Positions 20,430 through 30,806 of a DNA stretch of 64,000 bases are shown here, in pieces. Every line of letters begins with the position of its first letter. The first letter of the stretch is position 1. Below the pieces are notes generated by a model, which did not search any database, was not told where the DNA came from, and saw nothing but the letters and a program-made list of their open reading frames with translations. The position numbers and the translations under genes were made by a program. This stretch comes from Candidatus Bathyarchaeia archaeon (GTDB lineage: Archaea > Thermoproteota > Bathyarchaeia > Bathyarchaeales > Bathycorpusculaceae). Where the stretch lies: positions 32,001 to 96,000 of the forward strand of contig JAVZLH010000003.1 of NCBI GenBank assembly GCA_038883855.1, given 5' to 3'.

Positions 20430-20888
20430 TTAACCAGCTAATTTATCGATAGGTTTCTCTTCAGTAGCTCTTTTTAACCTTATTTCAAGCACACCATTCT
20501 TATATGTTGTACGCATTGTGGTTGGAATAACCTTTTCTGGAAGATTTAAGCTCTTGCGGTATTTGCGGTCCACAGCCTCAGCAGATAATATCAACTGTTT
20601 ATTTTCTGCACTGATTTTAAGATCTTCTATCTTGAAACCAGCCAGCCCTGCAACAACAACAATTTCATCTTTGTCTTCAAGGATGTCGATAAGAGGCTCT
20701 ATCCACTTATACTCTTTCACAGCGAGGCTTTTCGGAGCAAAATACCTATATGGATAAGCCCGCCATCTGCCCTTAGGATTCTTAGTTCGAAAAATTTTAG
20801 AAAAGTTCTTTCCGCGGGTTTCGCTACGTCTCGTTACAACATTGAATCGCTTCCGCGCTTTCTTGTTACTACGCCATCTCGCGCTCAA
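20430..20888 (-). CDS. Hsp20/alpha-crystallin-family small heat-shock protein with a basic N-terminus
   Basis: EPLIDILEDKDEIVVVAGLAG...LNLPEKV...TYKNGVLEIRLKR. Confidence 0.82.
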   Translation of the reverse strand: MSARWRSNKKARKRFNVVTRRSETRGKNFSKIFRTKNPKGRWRAYPYRYFAPKSLAVKEYKWIEPLIDILEDKDEIVVVAGLAGFKIEDLKISAENKQLILSAEAVDRKYRKSLNLPEKVIPTTMRTTYKNGVLEIRLKRATEEKPIDKLAG

Positions 20889-20959
20889 TCAACGCTCCCT
20901 CGGATACAAAGGCATTTCAAAAGTAGCTATAAAATGTATCGGATAGAAAAACGTTAAAC

Positions 20960-21448
20960 TTATATCATCCGCTCTATAAGGTCGTTAACTTTTTCTCCTC
21001 GATAGCCAAGTTCACCGCCCATACCGTAGCTCTTCTTTATCTTTCCCTTAAAACCCTTCTTGGGTGGATGAAGCCTGAAAACGGGTTTAATATTTGGCAA
21101 CTTCCAGTATTCTGCACGACAGTTGAAAACAGCCTCTGCGAGATCTTCTAGGGAGTTATAACCAATTTTCTTGGCATATTCTTCGGTTAACTTCTTGTTT
21201 CCGACCAGTTCACCCTTTTCCTTTATTAGAAGATGCACTATTTCTCTAGAGGCCTCACCCCATGTTATGAAGCTTTGCGCGGTTTTCAACATTCCAAGAA
21301 ATGACGACCTATTATCAATCAGTATGGCGTAGTTGTTCCTTGTTAAATGGAGCATTTTTAGGGTTTCCCTCACCTCATTTGAGGCGCTTATAGTGCCGCG
21401 AACTCTTACAACCGCCAAGCATTTTCGTTCTTCGATTTTCTCGTCCAA
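20960..21448 (-). CDS. rpl30: 50S ribosomal protein uL30
   Basis: AVVRVRG, TLKMLHL, ITWGE, FRLHPPKKG, GELGYRG. Confidence 0.96.
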   Translation of the reverse strand: MDEKIEERKCLAVVRVRGTISASNEVRETLKMLHLTRNNYAILIDNRSSFLGMLKTAQSFITWGEASREIVHLLIKEKGELVGNKKLTEEYAKKIGYNSLEDLAEAVFNCRAEYWKLPNIKPVFRLHPPKKGFKGKIKKSYGMGGELGYRGEKVNDLIERMI

Positions 21449-22090
21449 TTACCTCACCCAGTCCGTCGGAGTTATTAGGCTGTAGGTTTTCTTCAACGCA
21501 TCAAAGACTGCGTATGCAAATGATGGAACAGTTCTCGTTGAACCATAACTCCTAGTCCAGCAATCTTTGATTCCGGCCAAACCTAAAATTATTTTTGCAA
21601 CCTCGCTAGCAACTAGACCCAAGCCTCTCGGGCCAGGAACCATAACTATTTTTACACCGCCACATTTGCCTTCAACTTGGAAGGGCACCGAGTGAGGTTT
21701 ACCACAACCACACTCCCAACTTCCACAACCACGCCTAACAGGAACTAGGTTTAGGCGGGCGTCCGCAGCAGCCTTCTCTATGGCTGTTCGCACCTGACCT
21801 GCTTTCCCAGATCCTAAACCTATGTATCCGTTCCTGTTTCCAACAGCCACAATTGCCTTAAACCTTGATTTTTCGCCAGCATCTGTCTGTTTTTGAACTA
21901 AGTTTATGTTTATGACCTCCTCTTGAATGTCTGGGAGCAAAGCGTCAACAATTTGGGGTTCACGGATTTTATAACCGCCTAAAAAGATTTCTTCCATTGA
22001 GGTGATTTTGCCTTCTTGAATCATTTTTCCAACGCGGGTTTTGGGAACCCATTGCTCCAAACTTTCAGCCGTTTTACCTTCCGCTGTCAA
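21449..22090 (-). CDS. rps5: 30S ribosomal protein uS5
   Basis: [38 protein letters not shown]. Confidence 0.97.
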   Translation of the reverse strand: MTAEGKTAESLEQWVPKTRVGKMIQEGKITSMEEIFLGGYKIREPQIVDALLPDIQEEVININLVQKQTDAGEKSRFKAIVAVGNRNGYIGLGSGKAGQVRTAIEKAAADARLNLVPVRRGCGSWECGCGKPHSVPFQVEGKCGGVKIVMVPGPRGLGLVASEVAKIILGLAGIKDCWTRSYGSTRTVPSFAYAVFDALKKTYSLITPTDWVR

Positions 22091-22695
22091 CTCTTTTTAC
22101 CTCCACCCTCAAACTCAGCGATTATGGCTTTTTTGACCTCTTCAAAATGTTCTGGAAGACTTTCTGGTTGAAGCTTATTTGCCAGATACTTTGAAAATCG
22201 AAGATTGTATTCTGCGGGGTTGGAAGCCAAATTTTTTGCATACTTTGCGATGTGTTCACCTTTCACTCGCTCTTCGTCTGGAAGTTTCTCCTCGCCATGG
22301 GGAATATTCATTCCAGCATCTAACGCTCCCTTCAACACTGTTAGAACCCTTGAGCCCTTGGAAGGAAAGTGCAATCCAATGTCTAAAATTGCCTCGCTTA
22401 CTCCCTTGGCTTTAGCCTTCAAACCGCATAAAAGCCCTGTCAAATAGGCTGTTGGAACGTTTCCTCTATGAGCCCTCCACCCATACTTTCTTGCCAGTTC
22501 TCTGCTATGCGCCGAAACCAAAACTTCATCGCCATGGGGTTTAGCGACAACAACTTGAGCAACAATGTTATTTAATGCGCCACGCACAACGAGACGGGGC
22601 TTGCCTGAAAGCGCCAAGGCCTTCCTCTTTCTATAATCTGTTTTTCCCTCTCTTCTCCGCCGAAATGGAACACAATAGCGTGCGTTCCGAGCCAT
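22087..22695 (-). CDS. rpl18: 50S ribosomal protein uL18
   Basis: [29 protein letters not shown]. Confidence 0.97.
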   Translation of the reverse strand: MARNARYCVPFRRRREGKTDYRKRKALALSGKPRLVVRGALNNIVAQVVVAKPHGDEVLVSAHSRELARKYGWRAHRGNVPTAYLTGLLCGLKAKAKGVSEAILDIGLHFPSKGSRVLTVLKGALDAGMNIPHGEEKLPDEERVKGEHIAKYAKNLASNPAEYNLRFSKYLANKLQPESLPEHFEEVKKAIIAEFEGGGKKS

Positions 22696-23150
22696 CAGCG
22701 TTTCCTCCAGAGTCCATGTGCTTTAAGGTGACGTTCTAAATCAGCGACAGACGTGAATCTTCCACTGCTCGCCATTTTGTAGAGCTTCCGATAAGTTGCT
22801 TCTGTAATAATTCTATTCGCCTTTAATTCACGAAGCCTCATCCTCAAAGCCCTAATCTTAGCCATCCAAGCATCCTTCTTGGAAATTTTAGAATGAAGTC
22901 CCCCGCTTCTACTACCCGGTCCACGCCGCCTTCCAACTTTCTTTTTCAAATGCACCGTTCGAGCTCTTGCTCGACTTACACCTTCCTCTGGTAGCGGTTT
23001 AATAATGCCTTCATGGATTAGTTTACGAATTTCCTCCCTTGTTATTGCAGTTTCAACATCGTCTATCCTTTCAGGGTTTATCCAAACCCTGTTTTGCCCA
23101 ACTTTTAATATTTTGGCTGCAAGACGCCGCTGACTCTTTAGGCTCGTCAT
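22695..23150 (-). CDS. rpl19e: 50S ribosomal protein eL19
   Basis: [30 protein letters not shown]. Confidence 0.97.
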   Translation of the reverse strand: MTSLKSQRRLAAKILKVGQNRVWINPERIDDVETAITREEIRKLIHEGIIKPLPEEGVSRARARTVHLKKKVGRRRGPGSRSGGLHSKISKKDAWMAKIRALRMRLRELKANRIITEATYRKLYKMASSGRFTSVADLERHLKAHGLWRKR

Positions 23151-23689
23151 CCTTCTTTGGCACCGCCCTCACTTTTTCTTTCACTTTTCCGCTTTTTTCC
23201 CTGTTTTTTCTCCTTAGTCTTCTTTTCTTCTCCCTCTTCCATTTCCTCAGGCTTCTCTTCTAGTTTCTCCTTCTTCTCTTCAACTTTTTCCTCGACTTCT
23301 TTGGGGTTCACAATGGTGATTTTCTTCTTCCTCGCCTCAGCAATGATTTTAAGTCTTTTTCTCTTACCAGTTGTGTGGGCAATGCGCACAACCTGAGTTT
23401 TGGGGTTAACCTTCCTGATTTCATCGAGATTGTGCACCAGCACCTCTTCATAGCCTGATGGATGAAGACCTCTAGCAACTTTTGGTCCCCTATAGCCAAC
23501 ATTCACTGTTGGCGGCCAACCCTTGATTTTTCTTCGCATCTTGTTGTCTATGCCTTTTGGTTTGCGCCAATTCTCTTTTAAGCGAATGTACCGCCAGCTT
23601 TCTTGCCTAACAAAGTTTGGCTTTTTCTTTTTGACGCGTTCCCGCATTTTAAGGGCTTTTTCTTTTGTTATTGCTTTCTGTTCCATCAT
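23147..23689 (-). CDS. rpl32e: 50S ribosomal protein eL32 with an E/K-rich C-terminal tail
   Basis: KKPNFVRQE, WRKPKGIDNKMR, GLHPSG. Confidence 0.96.
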   Translation of the reverse strand: MMEQKAITKEKALKMRERVKKKKPNFVRQESWRYIRLKENWRKPKGIDNKMRRKIKGWPPTVNVGYRGPKVARGLHPSGYEEVLVHNLDEIRKVNPKTQVVRIAHTTGKRKRLKIIAEARKKKITIVNPKEVEEKVEEKKEKLEEKPEEMEEGEEKKTKEKKQGKKRKSERKSEGGAKEG

Positions 23690-24234
23690 GCTTCCATCCC
23701 TTCACTGCGCTCGTACACGTATATGCCGTCCAAGAAAACCCTCGGGTCCTTCCTTTTCACTTTAGTTGCTTGCTCGATGTTTGCTGCTGTTTGGCTTACG
23801 TCCTCAAGGTTTATGCCTTGAACTATTATGTCTTCGCTTTGAACCTTAATTTGCACGTCTCCGATGATTTTTGCCTTCCTTGGATTCCTCTCGCCAGTGA
23901 AATTTTCTATTAAAACTACCTTGTCTTTAACCTTGACCGAAATTGGAAAATGAGAGAAAACTATCTTAAGTTTATACGAGAAACCTTTCCTAACTCCCGT
24001 AATCATGTTTTGGATATGAGAACAAACTGTGCCTACAAGAGAAGCCTCTTTTTTGCGTGGCCACTCAGCCCAAACTCGGATTGTTTTATCGTTAACCTCG
24101 ATTGAAACTGGGGCTTTGGAAAAGTCGCGGGTTAATGTTCCCTTTGCCCCTTTAACCGTAACTTTTCTTCCTTCAACCGTCACTTCCACATCTTCTGGAA
24201 CTTGAATTATTCTTGAAATTTCAACAGCCTGCAT
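23686..24234 (-). CDS. rpl6: 50S ribosomal protein uL6
   Basis: NMITGV, SHFPI, NFTGE, KDPRVFLDGIYV. Confidence 0.96.
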   Translation of the reverse strand: MQAVEISRIIQVPEDVEVTVEGRKVTVKGAKGTLTRDFSKAPVSIEVNDKTIRVWAEWPRKKEASLVGTVCSHIQNMITGVRKGFSYKLKIVFSHFPISVKVKDKVVLIENFTGERNPRKAKIIGDVQIKVQSEDIIVQGINLEDVSQTAANIEQATKVKRKDPRVFLDGIYVYERSEGMEA

Positions 24235-24247
24235 AGGATGACACCTT

Positions 24248-24631
24248 TCAATAGACAAATGCTAACAATCTACCTCCAATGCACTTTTCCTTAGCCTCCT
24301 TATGAGACACCACTCCCTTAGGAGTTGAAACAATTAAGATGCCGATGTCCCTTGACGGAAGAAACTCTTTCTCCCATTTCTCAAATTCCTCTACTCTAAC
24401 AGGGAAGCGTGGTTTTATAGCTCCACACTTGTTTATTCTTCCCAAAAGCTGAACCTTAAATTTCCCAGAACGCCCATCATCGATAAACTCGAACTCTCCA
24501 ATGTAACCATTTAACTGCATAATCCTCAACACTCGACCCAAAAGTTTAGAGGCTGGGCTAATCACGCATTCCCGCTTGTTTCGCATCTCATTATTTATGA
24601 TTGTTGTCAAGCCATTTGCCAAAGTGTCCAT
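24248..24631 (-). CDS. rps8: 30S ribosomal protein uS8
   Basis: [42 protein letters not shown]. Confidence 0.96.
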   Translation of the reverse strand: MDTLANGLTTIINNEMRNKRECVISPASKLLGRVLRIMQLNGYIGEFEFIDDGRSGKFKVQLLGRINKCGAIKPRFPVRVEEFEKWEKEFLPSRDIGILIVSTPKGVVSHKEAKEKCIGGRLLAFVY

Positions 24632-24644
24632 GAAATTTTCCTCG

Positions 24645-24809
24645 CTATTCATATTTTTTGAAGCCAAGTTTTTTAGCTACTTCCCTAAAACAATGTCGAC
24701 ACAAATATAAATTATAACGCCTGATTATTGGTCCATAAGATCCACATCTGCTGCATGGCCTAGCACCCTTACCGTACTTTCTTTCTTTTTTAGGCTTATA
24801 CTTAGCCAT
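24645..24809 (-). CDS. rps14: 30S ribosomal protein uS14, zinc type (not in the ORF track)
   Basis: Read by hand: [54 protein letters not shown]; lies between uL5 and uS8. Confidence 0.95.
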   Translation of the reverse strand: MAKYKPKKERKYGKGARPCSRCGSYGPIIRRYNLYLCRHCFREVAKKLGFKKYE

Positions 24810-24823
24810 ATAATGCTTCCCTC

Positions 24824-25363
24824 CTAGACAATTTCCACCCCTAACGCGTCTTTAACGAAAACCATGGCTTCTTCAGGTGTCAATACATGTCTTGCGCCAA
24901 CCTTTGTCCCTTTAATTCGCCGCTCTTTAACTCGGTATCCAGGGCGGCCGAGGGTGACGCAGACATCCATCCCAAATATGCCAATGTCAGGGTCGTATTT
25001 TACACCTGCTATCTCTATGTGCTCCTTTATGCCAAAGGAGAAGTTGCCGTGCTTGTCAAAACTTTCCTTTGGAATTTTGTTATCGATTACTTGTAAAACT
25101 TTTTTTAAGAAATCTAGCGCCTTTTGCTTTCTAAGCGTAACTATGCAGGCTATCGGTTCGCCTTTCCTAATTCCGAAATCCCTGATTGTCTTCTTTGCTT
25201 TTCGTTTACAGGGCGTTTGACCTGTTAAATCTTTCAAAACTTTTGCAGCCTTTTCTAGCGGCTCCCCAGACTTCCCGACGCTTATGTTAACAACAACTTT
25301 TCCAATTTTTGGTTTCAACATGGGATGTTCTTCCCATTTCTTCCGAATCTCATCTTCAGACAA
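24824..25363 (-). CDS. rpl5: 50S ribosomal protein uL5
   Basis: [40 protein letters not shown]. Start set at the TTG at 25363. Confidence 0.96.
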   Translation of the reverse strand: MSEDEIRKKWEEHPMLKPKIGKVVVNISVGKSGEPLEKAAKVLKDLTGQTPCKRKAKKTIRDFGIRKGEPIACIVTLRKQKALDFLKKVLQVIDNKIPKESFDKHGNFSFGIKEHIEIAGVKYDPDIGIFGMDVCVTLGRPGYRVKERRIKGTKVGARHVLTPEEAMVFVKDALGVEIV

Positions 25364-26123
25364 CAGTAGCAACCTCCGGTATTGATATAAGTGGCTTTGT
25401 TTCACCTAAAGCGAAAACAAAGTTCAGTATTGTCTGGTAACGGCTGCCCTTCTCGTCTTCGATTACAACCAAGGCGTTCCTTCGCCGTTCACCTTTCGTT
25501 CTTTTAATCTCCACCACTTTGCCATGTTTCCCAATGTTTTTTCCACCAGTTATTATCGCCAAAACATTCTCTTTAACCTTAACATGTTCCAGGATCCGCC
25601 TATCTGGAAGACTTATCTTCAAAGTGTCTAAGGTTTCATAAACATCCTCTTGCGGATTTCGAGGATCTGCAACTTTCACTAGAATGTTTGAACCATCGTG
25701 GAGACCGAGTTGCACATGACCTTTTTTGACGCAGGTCTTATTTTCTATTCGACACAGCTTAAAGCTTGTTTCTTCCTTGCCAATCGGGTGAAGGATGAAA
25801 CCTTTATGAGAAGGTAAAACGCGGAAAAAAGCGTTTGCTTCAGGTATTGCAATTACGTCCATAAGTCCCACAGGAAAATCGTCTTTTTGTCTAATTTTGC
25901 CATCTACATAGACTTTGCCTTGTGAAACTATGAGTTTAGCCTCTTTCCTTGTCTTAGCAAACCCAAGGATGTCCCGCAGAACTATAGCTAGTGGTAAGCA
26001 ATTTTCAAGGGAATGCGGCCCCGGAGAAGGTTTTACAGTCCACACAAACTTCTTTCTCGGAATAGGCCAGAATTTCGGAGCAGGTTTCCGCTTTAATCCT
26101 GTTGACCCACCTTTTTTACCCAA
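25356..26123 (-). CDS. rps4e: 30S ribosomal protein eS4
   Basis: LKRKPAPKFW, PSPGPH, VDGKIR, FPVGLMDV, LHDGSN. Confidence 0.96.
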   Translation of the reverse strand: MGKKGGSTGLKRKPAPKFWPIPRKKFVWTVKPSPGPHSLENCLPLAIVLRDILGFAKTRKEAKLIVSQGKVYVDGKIRQKDDFPVGLMDVIAIPEANAFFRVLPSHKGFILHPIGKEETSFKLCRIENKTCVKKGHVQLGLHDGSNILVKVADPRNPQEDVYETLDTLKISLPDRRILEHVKVKENVLAIITGGKNIGKHGKVVEIKRTKGERRRNALVVIEDEKGSRYQTILNFVFALGETKPLISIPEVATVV

Positions 26124-26126
26124 AGT

Positions 26127-26708
26127 TTATTCCTTCCCCTCTTTTTTCTGGGCGATTTTCTGTTTTTTCTTCGTTTTTGTCTTAACCTCTCTTTCTTCAA
26201 CCTTCTCAGTTTTTGCCTCTTTTTCCACAAGCTCTTTTGCGGTTTCTATTTCTCTCTCTCGCGATTTCTCCTCTTCTACAAGTTTTTCTTCAACTATTCC
26301 TCCTTTCACTTCCACAGCTTTTTCCAATTCCTTACGAGCCACTTTTTTCCTTTCTAAAACCCCTTTTCTCCATTTGTCATCGAGGTTTAGCCGTGTAATC
26401 ATAACTTTAGATGGATGAACTGGAACAAATATTGTGGATCCATCAACCTTTTCCCTCGTCAAACCTTCCACGTATATTCGGAATTTCTTCCTATCTACAC
26501 GAGTGATTTTTCCTTCAAATCCCTTATGGTCTCCACGCATGACGCGAACTGTGTCACCGCTTCTCACGGGTATAGCGTTTACGCCATATTCGGCTTTAAG
26601 TTCAGGTGAAAGAGGGGCGGCTAAAAGCTTGTGGCGTATGTGGTCTGGTGCTTGACGCAGTATTTTTCTTTGTTTGGACGGTTTTGCCGATTGTTTTAGA
26701 GCTTGCAT
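26127..26708 (-). CDS. rpl24: 50S ribosomal protein uL24 with an E/K-rich C-terminal tail
   Basis: KQRK, APLSPELK, RSGDTVRVMRG, PVHPSKV. Confidence 0.96.
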   Translation of the reverse strand: MQALKQSAKPSKQRKILRQAPDHIRHKLLAAPLSPELKAEYGVNAIPVRSGDTVRVMRGDHKGFEGKITRVDRKKFRIYVEGLTREKVDGSTIFVPVHPSKVMITRLNLDDKWRKGVLERKKVARKELEKAVEVKGGIVEEKLVEEEKSREREIETAKELVEKEAKTEKVEEREVKTKTKKKQKIAQKKEGKE

Positions 26709-26719
26709 GCTTTTTCACC

Positions 26720-27160
26720 CTATATTATTATGCTGGCGGCGCTCGCTATTCTCGGCCATCTTTCTGCCGCCTCCTTCGCTACTGGACCGCGAATTTCCGA
26801 ACCTTTCATTTCTCCGTCAGGGGTTATTATGACAGCGGCATTGTCTTCAAACTGAACCCATACACCGTCAGTTCTTCTGTAGGGTTTTCTCTGTCGTACG
26901 ATAACAGCTTGGAAAATTTTCTTTCTCATGTCAGGGGTTCCATGCCTAACGGATACAATTACTCTGTCGCCCACAGCAGCAGAGGGGTAGCGCCGCAATT
27001 TCCCCTTATAGCCCATAACTTGGACTAGACGTAGTTCTCTGGCTCCAGTGTTGTCAGCGCACTTTAACATGGAGCCTGCTGGCAGCCCCCTAGATATTTT
27101 TGGCCCATGTCCAAGCATCCCCTTCGCAACTAGAGCCCTCTGTTTAGCCTTCGCCGCCAT
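26720..27160 (-). CDS. rpl14: 50S ribosomal protein uL14
   Basis: [35 protein letters not shown]. Confidence 0.97.
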   Translation of the reverse strand: MAAKAKQRALVAKGMLGHGPKISRGLPAGSMLKCADNTGARELRLVQVMGYKGKLRRYPSAAVGDRVIVSVRHGTPDMRKKIFQAVIVRQRKPYRRTDGVWVQFEDNAAVIITPDGEMKGSEIRGPVAKEAAERWPRIASAASIII

Positions 27161-27161
27161 G

Positions 27162-27488
27162 CTATCCTTCCTCCTCATGTTTTTCGACAACAACAAATGA
27201 CACGGTTTTGCTTATTGGACGGCATTCCGCTATTGTGACACGGTCTCCTTCTTTTGCGTTTATACATGGGGGATTGTGGGATGGTATACGGCTATATCTT
27301 CTCTCGTATCTAAGAAATTTCGGAACGTAATGGAGATACTCGCGTTTCACTATAACTGTTTTGTCCATTTTTGAGCTTACAACAACTCCTTCCAAGATGC
27401 GCCCTCTTATCGGAAGGTCGCCGTGGAATGGACAGTTTCTGTCGTTGCAGGATTCTTTGGGCTTTTTGAACGTTAAAGGCATTACCAT
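27162..27488 (-). CDS. rps17: 30S ribosomal protein uS17
   Basis: [28 protein letters not shown]. Confidence 0.97.
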   Translation of the reverse strand: MVMPLTFKKPKESCNDRNCPFHGDLPIRGRILEGVVVSSKMDKTVIVKREYLHYVPKFLRYERRYSRIPSHNPPCINAKEGDRVTIAECRPISKTVSFVVVEKHEEEG

Positions 27489-27763
27489 AACCTCCTAATG
27501 CGCTTTTTAAGGCGGTCTTCAGGTCTGCCTACAAGCAATTTACCATCAATTTCAACTATGGTTCCGTCAAAAAAATTGAAGCGGAAAACTGCTGTTTCTT
27601 TTACAACGACCTTTCTTTTACCTTCATGTAAAATTGTAAAGGTATTTTTTGTTTCATCTATCACTTTGCCACATATCCCAACGTAACAGGGATGCTTACT
27701 TTTAGCAACCGTAGCTTCAGTTCCAATAAACTCACATCGAACTATGTCTGGTGTCACCTTCAT
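27482..27763 (-). CDS. rnp1: Ribonuclease P protein component 1 (Rpp29)
   Basis: [23 protein letters not shown]; position in the operon. Confidence 0.93.
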   Translation of the reverse strand: MKVTPDIVRCEFIGTEATVAKSKHPCYVGICGKVIDETKNTFTILHEGKRKVVVKETAVFRFNFFDGTIVEIDGKLLVGRPEDRLKKRIRRLW

Positions 27764-27993
27764 TTTCTTTTCCCCGCTGCTGCTTCGCCACTTTTAAGCT
27801 TTTGTTCATGTTCTAGTGTTAATATTCGTGCAATGGTTTTGCGCAGCTCCTTTATTCTCCCAGGGTTTTCTACAGTGCCACCTGCCTTAATCATTGTTTT
27901 TAACCTTAACAGTTCAGTTCTTAACTCGTTTAATTTTTTTAATCGCTCCTCAGAGGACATCTCTCGAATCTCTTTAATTCGCAGTACGGGCAT
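27760..27993 (-). CDS. rpl29: 50S ribosomal protein uL29
   Basis: EIREMS, ENPGRIKELRKTIARILT. Confidence 0.96.
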   Translation of the reverse strand: MPVLRIKEIREMSSEERLKKLNELRTELLRLKTMIKAGGTVENPGRIKELRKTIARILTLEHEQKLKSGEAAAGKRK

Positions 27994-27994
27994 C

Positions 27995-28663
27995 CTATTC
28001 CTCTGCCTCCCCCTCTTCCTCTTTCAACTCTCCAGACTTTTCTTCCACGACCTCTTCTTCCGATGGGATTTCTCCAATTATTTCGAGCTTGTCTGGAAAC
28101 TTTGCGTCAGGGGGCATTATCCTAACTTTCACGCCAAATATGCCCGGTTTTAGTTGAACATGAACCTCAGCTTTCCGCATGTACTTTAAGGCTGGGTCTC
28201 CGCATTTCGGCAAGTATCCAGCACGGAACTTCTCGTACCTTGCCCTTTCAGTTCTCAGCTTTCCGCTTATGATTATTTCCGCACCGAGGGCCCCTGCTTC
28301 CATAACTTGGTTTAGAGCCCAAAAACCTGCACGCCTAAAATGTACTCCTCGCTGTAGCGCCGCTGCAACCCTTGAGGCTACAACATAGGCGTTTAATTCT
28401 GGAACTTCTATTTCGGAAACAGAAATCTGGGGATTTGAAATCTTAAAATTCTCTTCTAAGATTGTTGCAAGCTCCCTTATTGTTTCCCCTCCGCGCCCTA
28501 TCACTAGGCCTGGGCGCATCGCGTAAATTACAATGTGGGTACCTAAGGGAGTTTTGGATATGGCTACCCCACCGTATCCCGCTCTTTCAAGTTTCTTCTG
28601 CAAGAATTCGTCTATTTCCGCCTTCTTTATTGATTCTGTTATAAAACGTTTGACTATGGACAT
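27995..28663 (-). CDS. rps3: 30S ribosomal protein uS3
   Basis: AGYGG, RPGLVIGRGG, GAEIIISGKL, GVKVRIM. Confidence 0.97.
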   Translation of the reverse strand: MSIVKRFITESIKKAEIDEFLQKKLERAGYGGVAISKTPLGTHIVIYAMRPGLVIGRGGETIRELATILEENFKISNPQISVSEIEVPELNAYVVASRVAAALQRGVHFRRAGFWALNQVMEAGALGAEIIISGKLRTERARYEKFRAGYLPKCGDPALKYMRKAEVHVQLKPGIFGVKVRIMPPDAKFPDKLEIIGEIPSEEEVVEEKSGELKEEEGEAEE

Positions 28664-29151
28664 TACGCTTCTTCCCCTGTTTCTGGTTGCTCTTCCAAAG
28701 CTATTTCAATGTGGCAGAGCGTTTCAAATTCAGGAGTTGCCCTTCCAAAAGCTCTTGGCGTATACCTTTTGACTTTGATTCCAGGATAAGCAGAGGCATG
28801 GATTATACGAAGTCTTTCAGTGTCTAGGCCTTTATACTCTGCGTTGGCCTCTGCACCTTCAAGCACCCTTAAAATGTACTTGGCTGCTTTTACGGGGTAT
28901 CTGCCTGCGTAAGCTTTTTTAAGTCCGTGGCGGTGTCCAGCTTTCTTTTTGAACCTTCTAAAGGGAACGGCTGTTCTTTTTGCCATGACCTCTTTCAAAA
29001 ATTGTTTCGCTTGAGTCAGCATCATACCTTTAATTGTTTTACATATCTCCCGCGCTGATTTAGGGGATACCCTAACCTCTCGTCCACTAACTTTCACGGT
29101 TTTTTCAGGGTCTAATTCCTCTTTCGCTATGGAGTATCCCCATTTTGGCAC
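28663..29151 (-). CDS. rpl22: 50S ribosomal protein uL22
   Basis: VSPKSAREIC, GRYPVKAA, NAEYKGLD, PRAFGRA. Start set at the GTG at 29151. Confidence 0.96.
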   Translation of the reverse strand: MPKWGYSIAKEELDPEKTVKVSGREVRVSPKSAREICKTIKGMMLTQAKQFLKEVMAKRTAVPFRRFKKKAGHRHGLKKAYAGRYPVKAAKYILRVLEGAEANAEYKGLDTERLRIIHASAYPGIKVKRYTPRAFGRATPEFETLCHIEIALEEQPETGEEA

Positions 29152-29322
29152 TTTATGCGCGCTCCAACTGTGCAATTGAACAGCGTCATAGCGATTTATA
29201 ATGTTTTCCTTTAGCTTGAGCGTTTTCAGACAGAGTTAAGCCTTATAAACCTTAATTTTTAGTAAGAACATCTTCGTCACATAGGAGAAACACGAGATAG
29301 ACGAGGCTTCAGCCATTTTTAG

Positions 29323-29608
29323 TTATGATTTATGAAAGAGTAAAAGAATTTCGGTTAAGGAAAGTGTTATGCCTACGAGTTGCAGATACTCGAAAGATTC
29401 TTCAGGAATAGTCGCAGAGAATGCTGCCAAAGGCAAGGGTTCTATGATAGATACTACACTTCCTTTGGCAGATTCAAATCAAAACTTAGCGCATTCAAGT
29501 GACAGGGTTAACGCCTTAGGTGTTCAAAAGCAAATTTTCAAAAAATACCGGTGTTTCCCAAAGAATAGATGCTGCGGCAAGTAGGAGACAGCTCTTCTTT
29601 TGCTCCAT
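29323..29608 (-). pseudogene. Degraded EamA/DMT-family transporter relic
   Basis: Read by hand: MEQKKSCLLLAAASILW..., in-frame stops, then ESAKGSVVSIIEPLPLAAFSATIPEESFEYLQLVGITLSL, resembling the first and last EamA helices with the middle deleted. Confidence 0.5.
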
Positions 29609-29729
29609 GGTTTAGTAACAACTTGCTTTAATTTAGATAATTGATGGGCAGCCCTTTACGTATTTTGCGATTCGTTTATGTCTAACTTCCAGAGTTAATG
29701 GTATCCGAAGTTAAAGTGAGGGTGAATAA

Positions 29730-30797
29730 TTGGTTGTCAAAAATGAGCATATAACCATGTTGCATGGTGCCGGCGGAACAGTCATGCATGACCTTGTCAA
29801 AAATTACATTGTAAAATACTTTGGCGCCACAACCGACTTTGAGGTGCCACTTGAAGCTTTAGATGACGCGGCTGTTGTTGGCGATGTGGTTCTTAAAAGC
29901 GACTCTCACGCAGTTAAGCCCATTTTCTTTCCAGGCGGGGATATTGGACGCTTAGCTGTTTCCGGCACCGTTAATGACATTGCGGTTTTAGGAGCTGAGC
30001 CTTATGCCTTGGCTTGCGGTTTTGTTTTGGAGGAAGGCTTAGCCATGGCTGATTTTGAAAGAATTTTGGCTAGTATGCAGCAAACATGTAAGGAAGCAGG
30101 TGTTAACATAGTTACTGGTGACACCAAAGTTGTGGAAAAAGGAAGCCTCGGTGGCTGCATAATAAACGTTTCTGGAATTGGCAAAAGAACAGCGGCCTTA
30201 GAAAGAAACATTAAGATTGTTAAACGTTTCAGGAGTGATTTTAAAGCACGCTGGATTTTGGACTCAAACTTGCGGGCTGGTGACAAAATAATTCTCTCGG
30301 GAACAATCGGCGACCATGGACTGGCGGTTTTATCTGCACAAGAAGGATTAAGCTTCGGAAGCGGCATAAAGTCAGATGTGAAGCCTCTAAATCGCTTAAT
30401 CCAAAGTTTGCTCTCAGAAGTTGGCGGAGTAATTGCCATGAAAGATCCGACACGTGGCGGTTTAGCTGATGCTTTAAACGAGTTCAGTGAGAAATCCCAA
30501 ATAGGCATACTAATTCATGAAAACAAGATTCCAATAAGAGAAGATGTGCGAGCAGCATGCGAAATGCTTGGTTTAGACCCGCTTGAAGTTGGAAACGAAG
30601 GAAAAATAATCATAGGAGTTATTAGAGAAAAAGCGGGTGAAGTCTTAAAATTCCTTAAGGAGACGAACGAGGGAAAAGAAGCAGAAATCATAGGCGAAGC
30701 CACTGCAGACTTTAGCGGTGTGGCTATGCAAACTATTGTCGGCGGCAAAAGAATTATTTCTAGACCATTAGGAGACCCCATTCCGAGAATATGCTAA
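29730..30797 (+). CDS. hypE: Hydrogenase maturation carbamoyl dehydratase HypE
   Basis: HGAGG, FPGGDIGRLAVSGTVND, TGDTKVV, KDPTRGG, C-terminal PRIC. Confidence 0.97.
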   Translation: MVVKNEHITMLHGAGGTVMHDLVKNYIVKYFGATTDFEVPLEALDDAAVVGDVVLKSDSHAVKPIFFPGGDIGRLAVSGTVNDIAVLGAEPYALACGFVLEEGLAMADFERILASMQQTCKEAGVNIVTGDTKVVEKGSLGGCIINVSGIGKRTAALERNIKIVKRFRSDFKARWILDSNLRAGDKIILSGTIGDHGLAVLSAQEGLSFGSGIKSDVKPLNRLIQSLLSEVGGVIAMKDPTRGGLADALNEFSEKSQIGILIHENKIPIREDVRAACEMLGLDPLEVGNEGKIIIGVIREKAGEVLKFLKETNEGKEAEIIGEATADFSGVAMQTIVGGKRIISRPLGDPIPRIC

Positions 30798-30806
30798 AAA
30801 GGCTCA

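Noticed and set aside
29369-29584. 71-aa + strand ORF
   Set aside because: No motifs, and it is antisense to the better-supported EamA relic.
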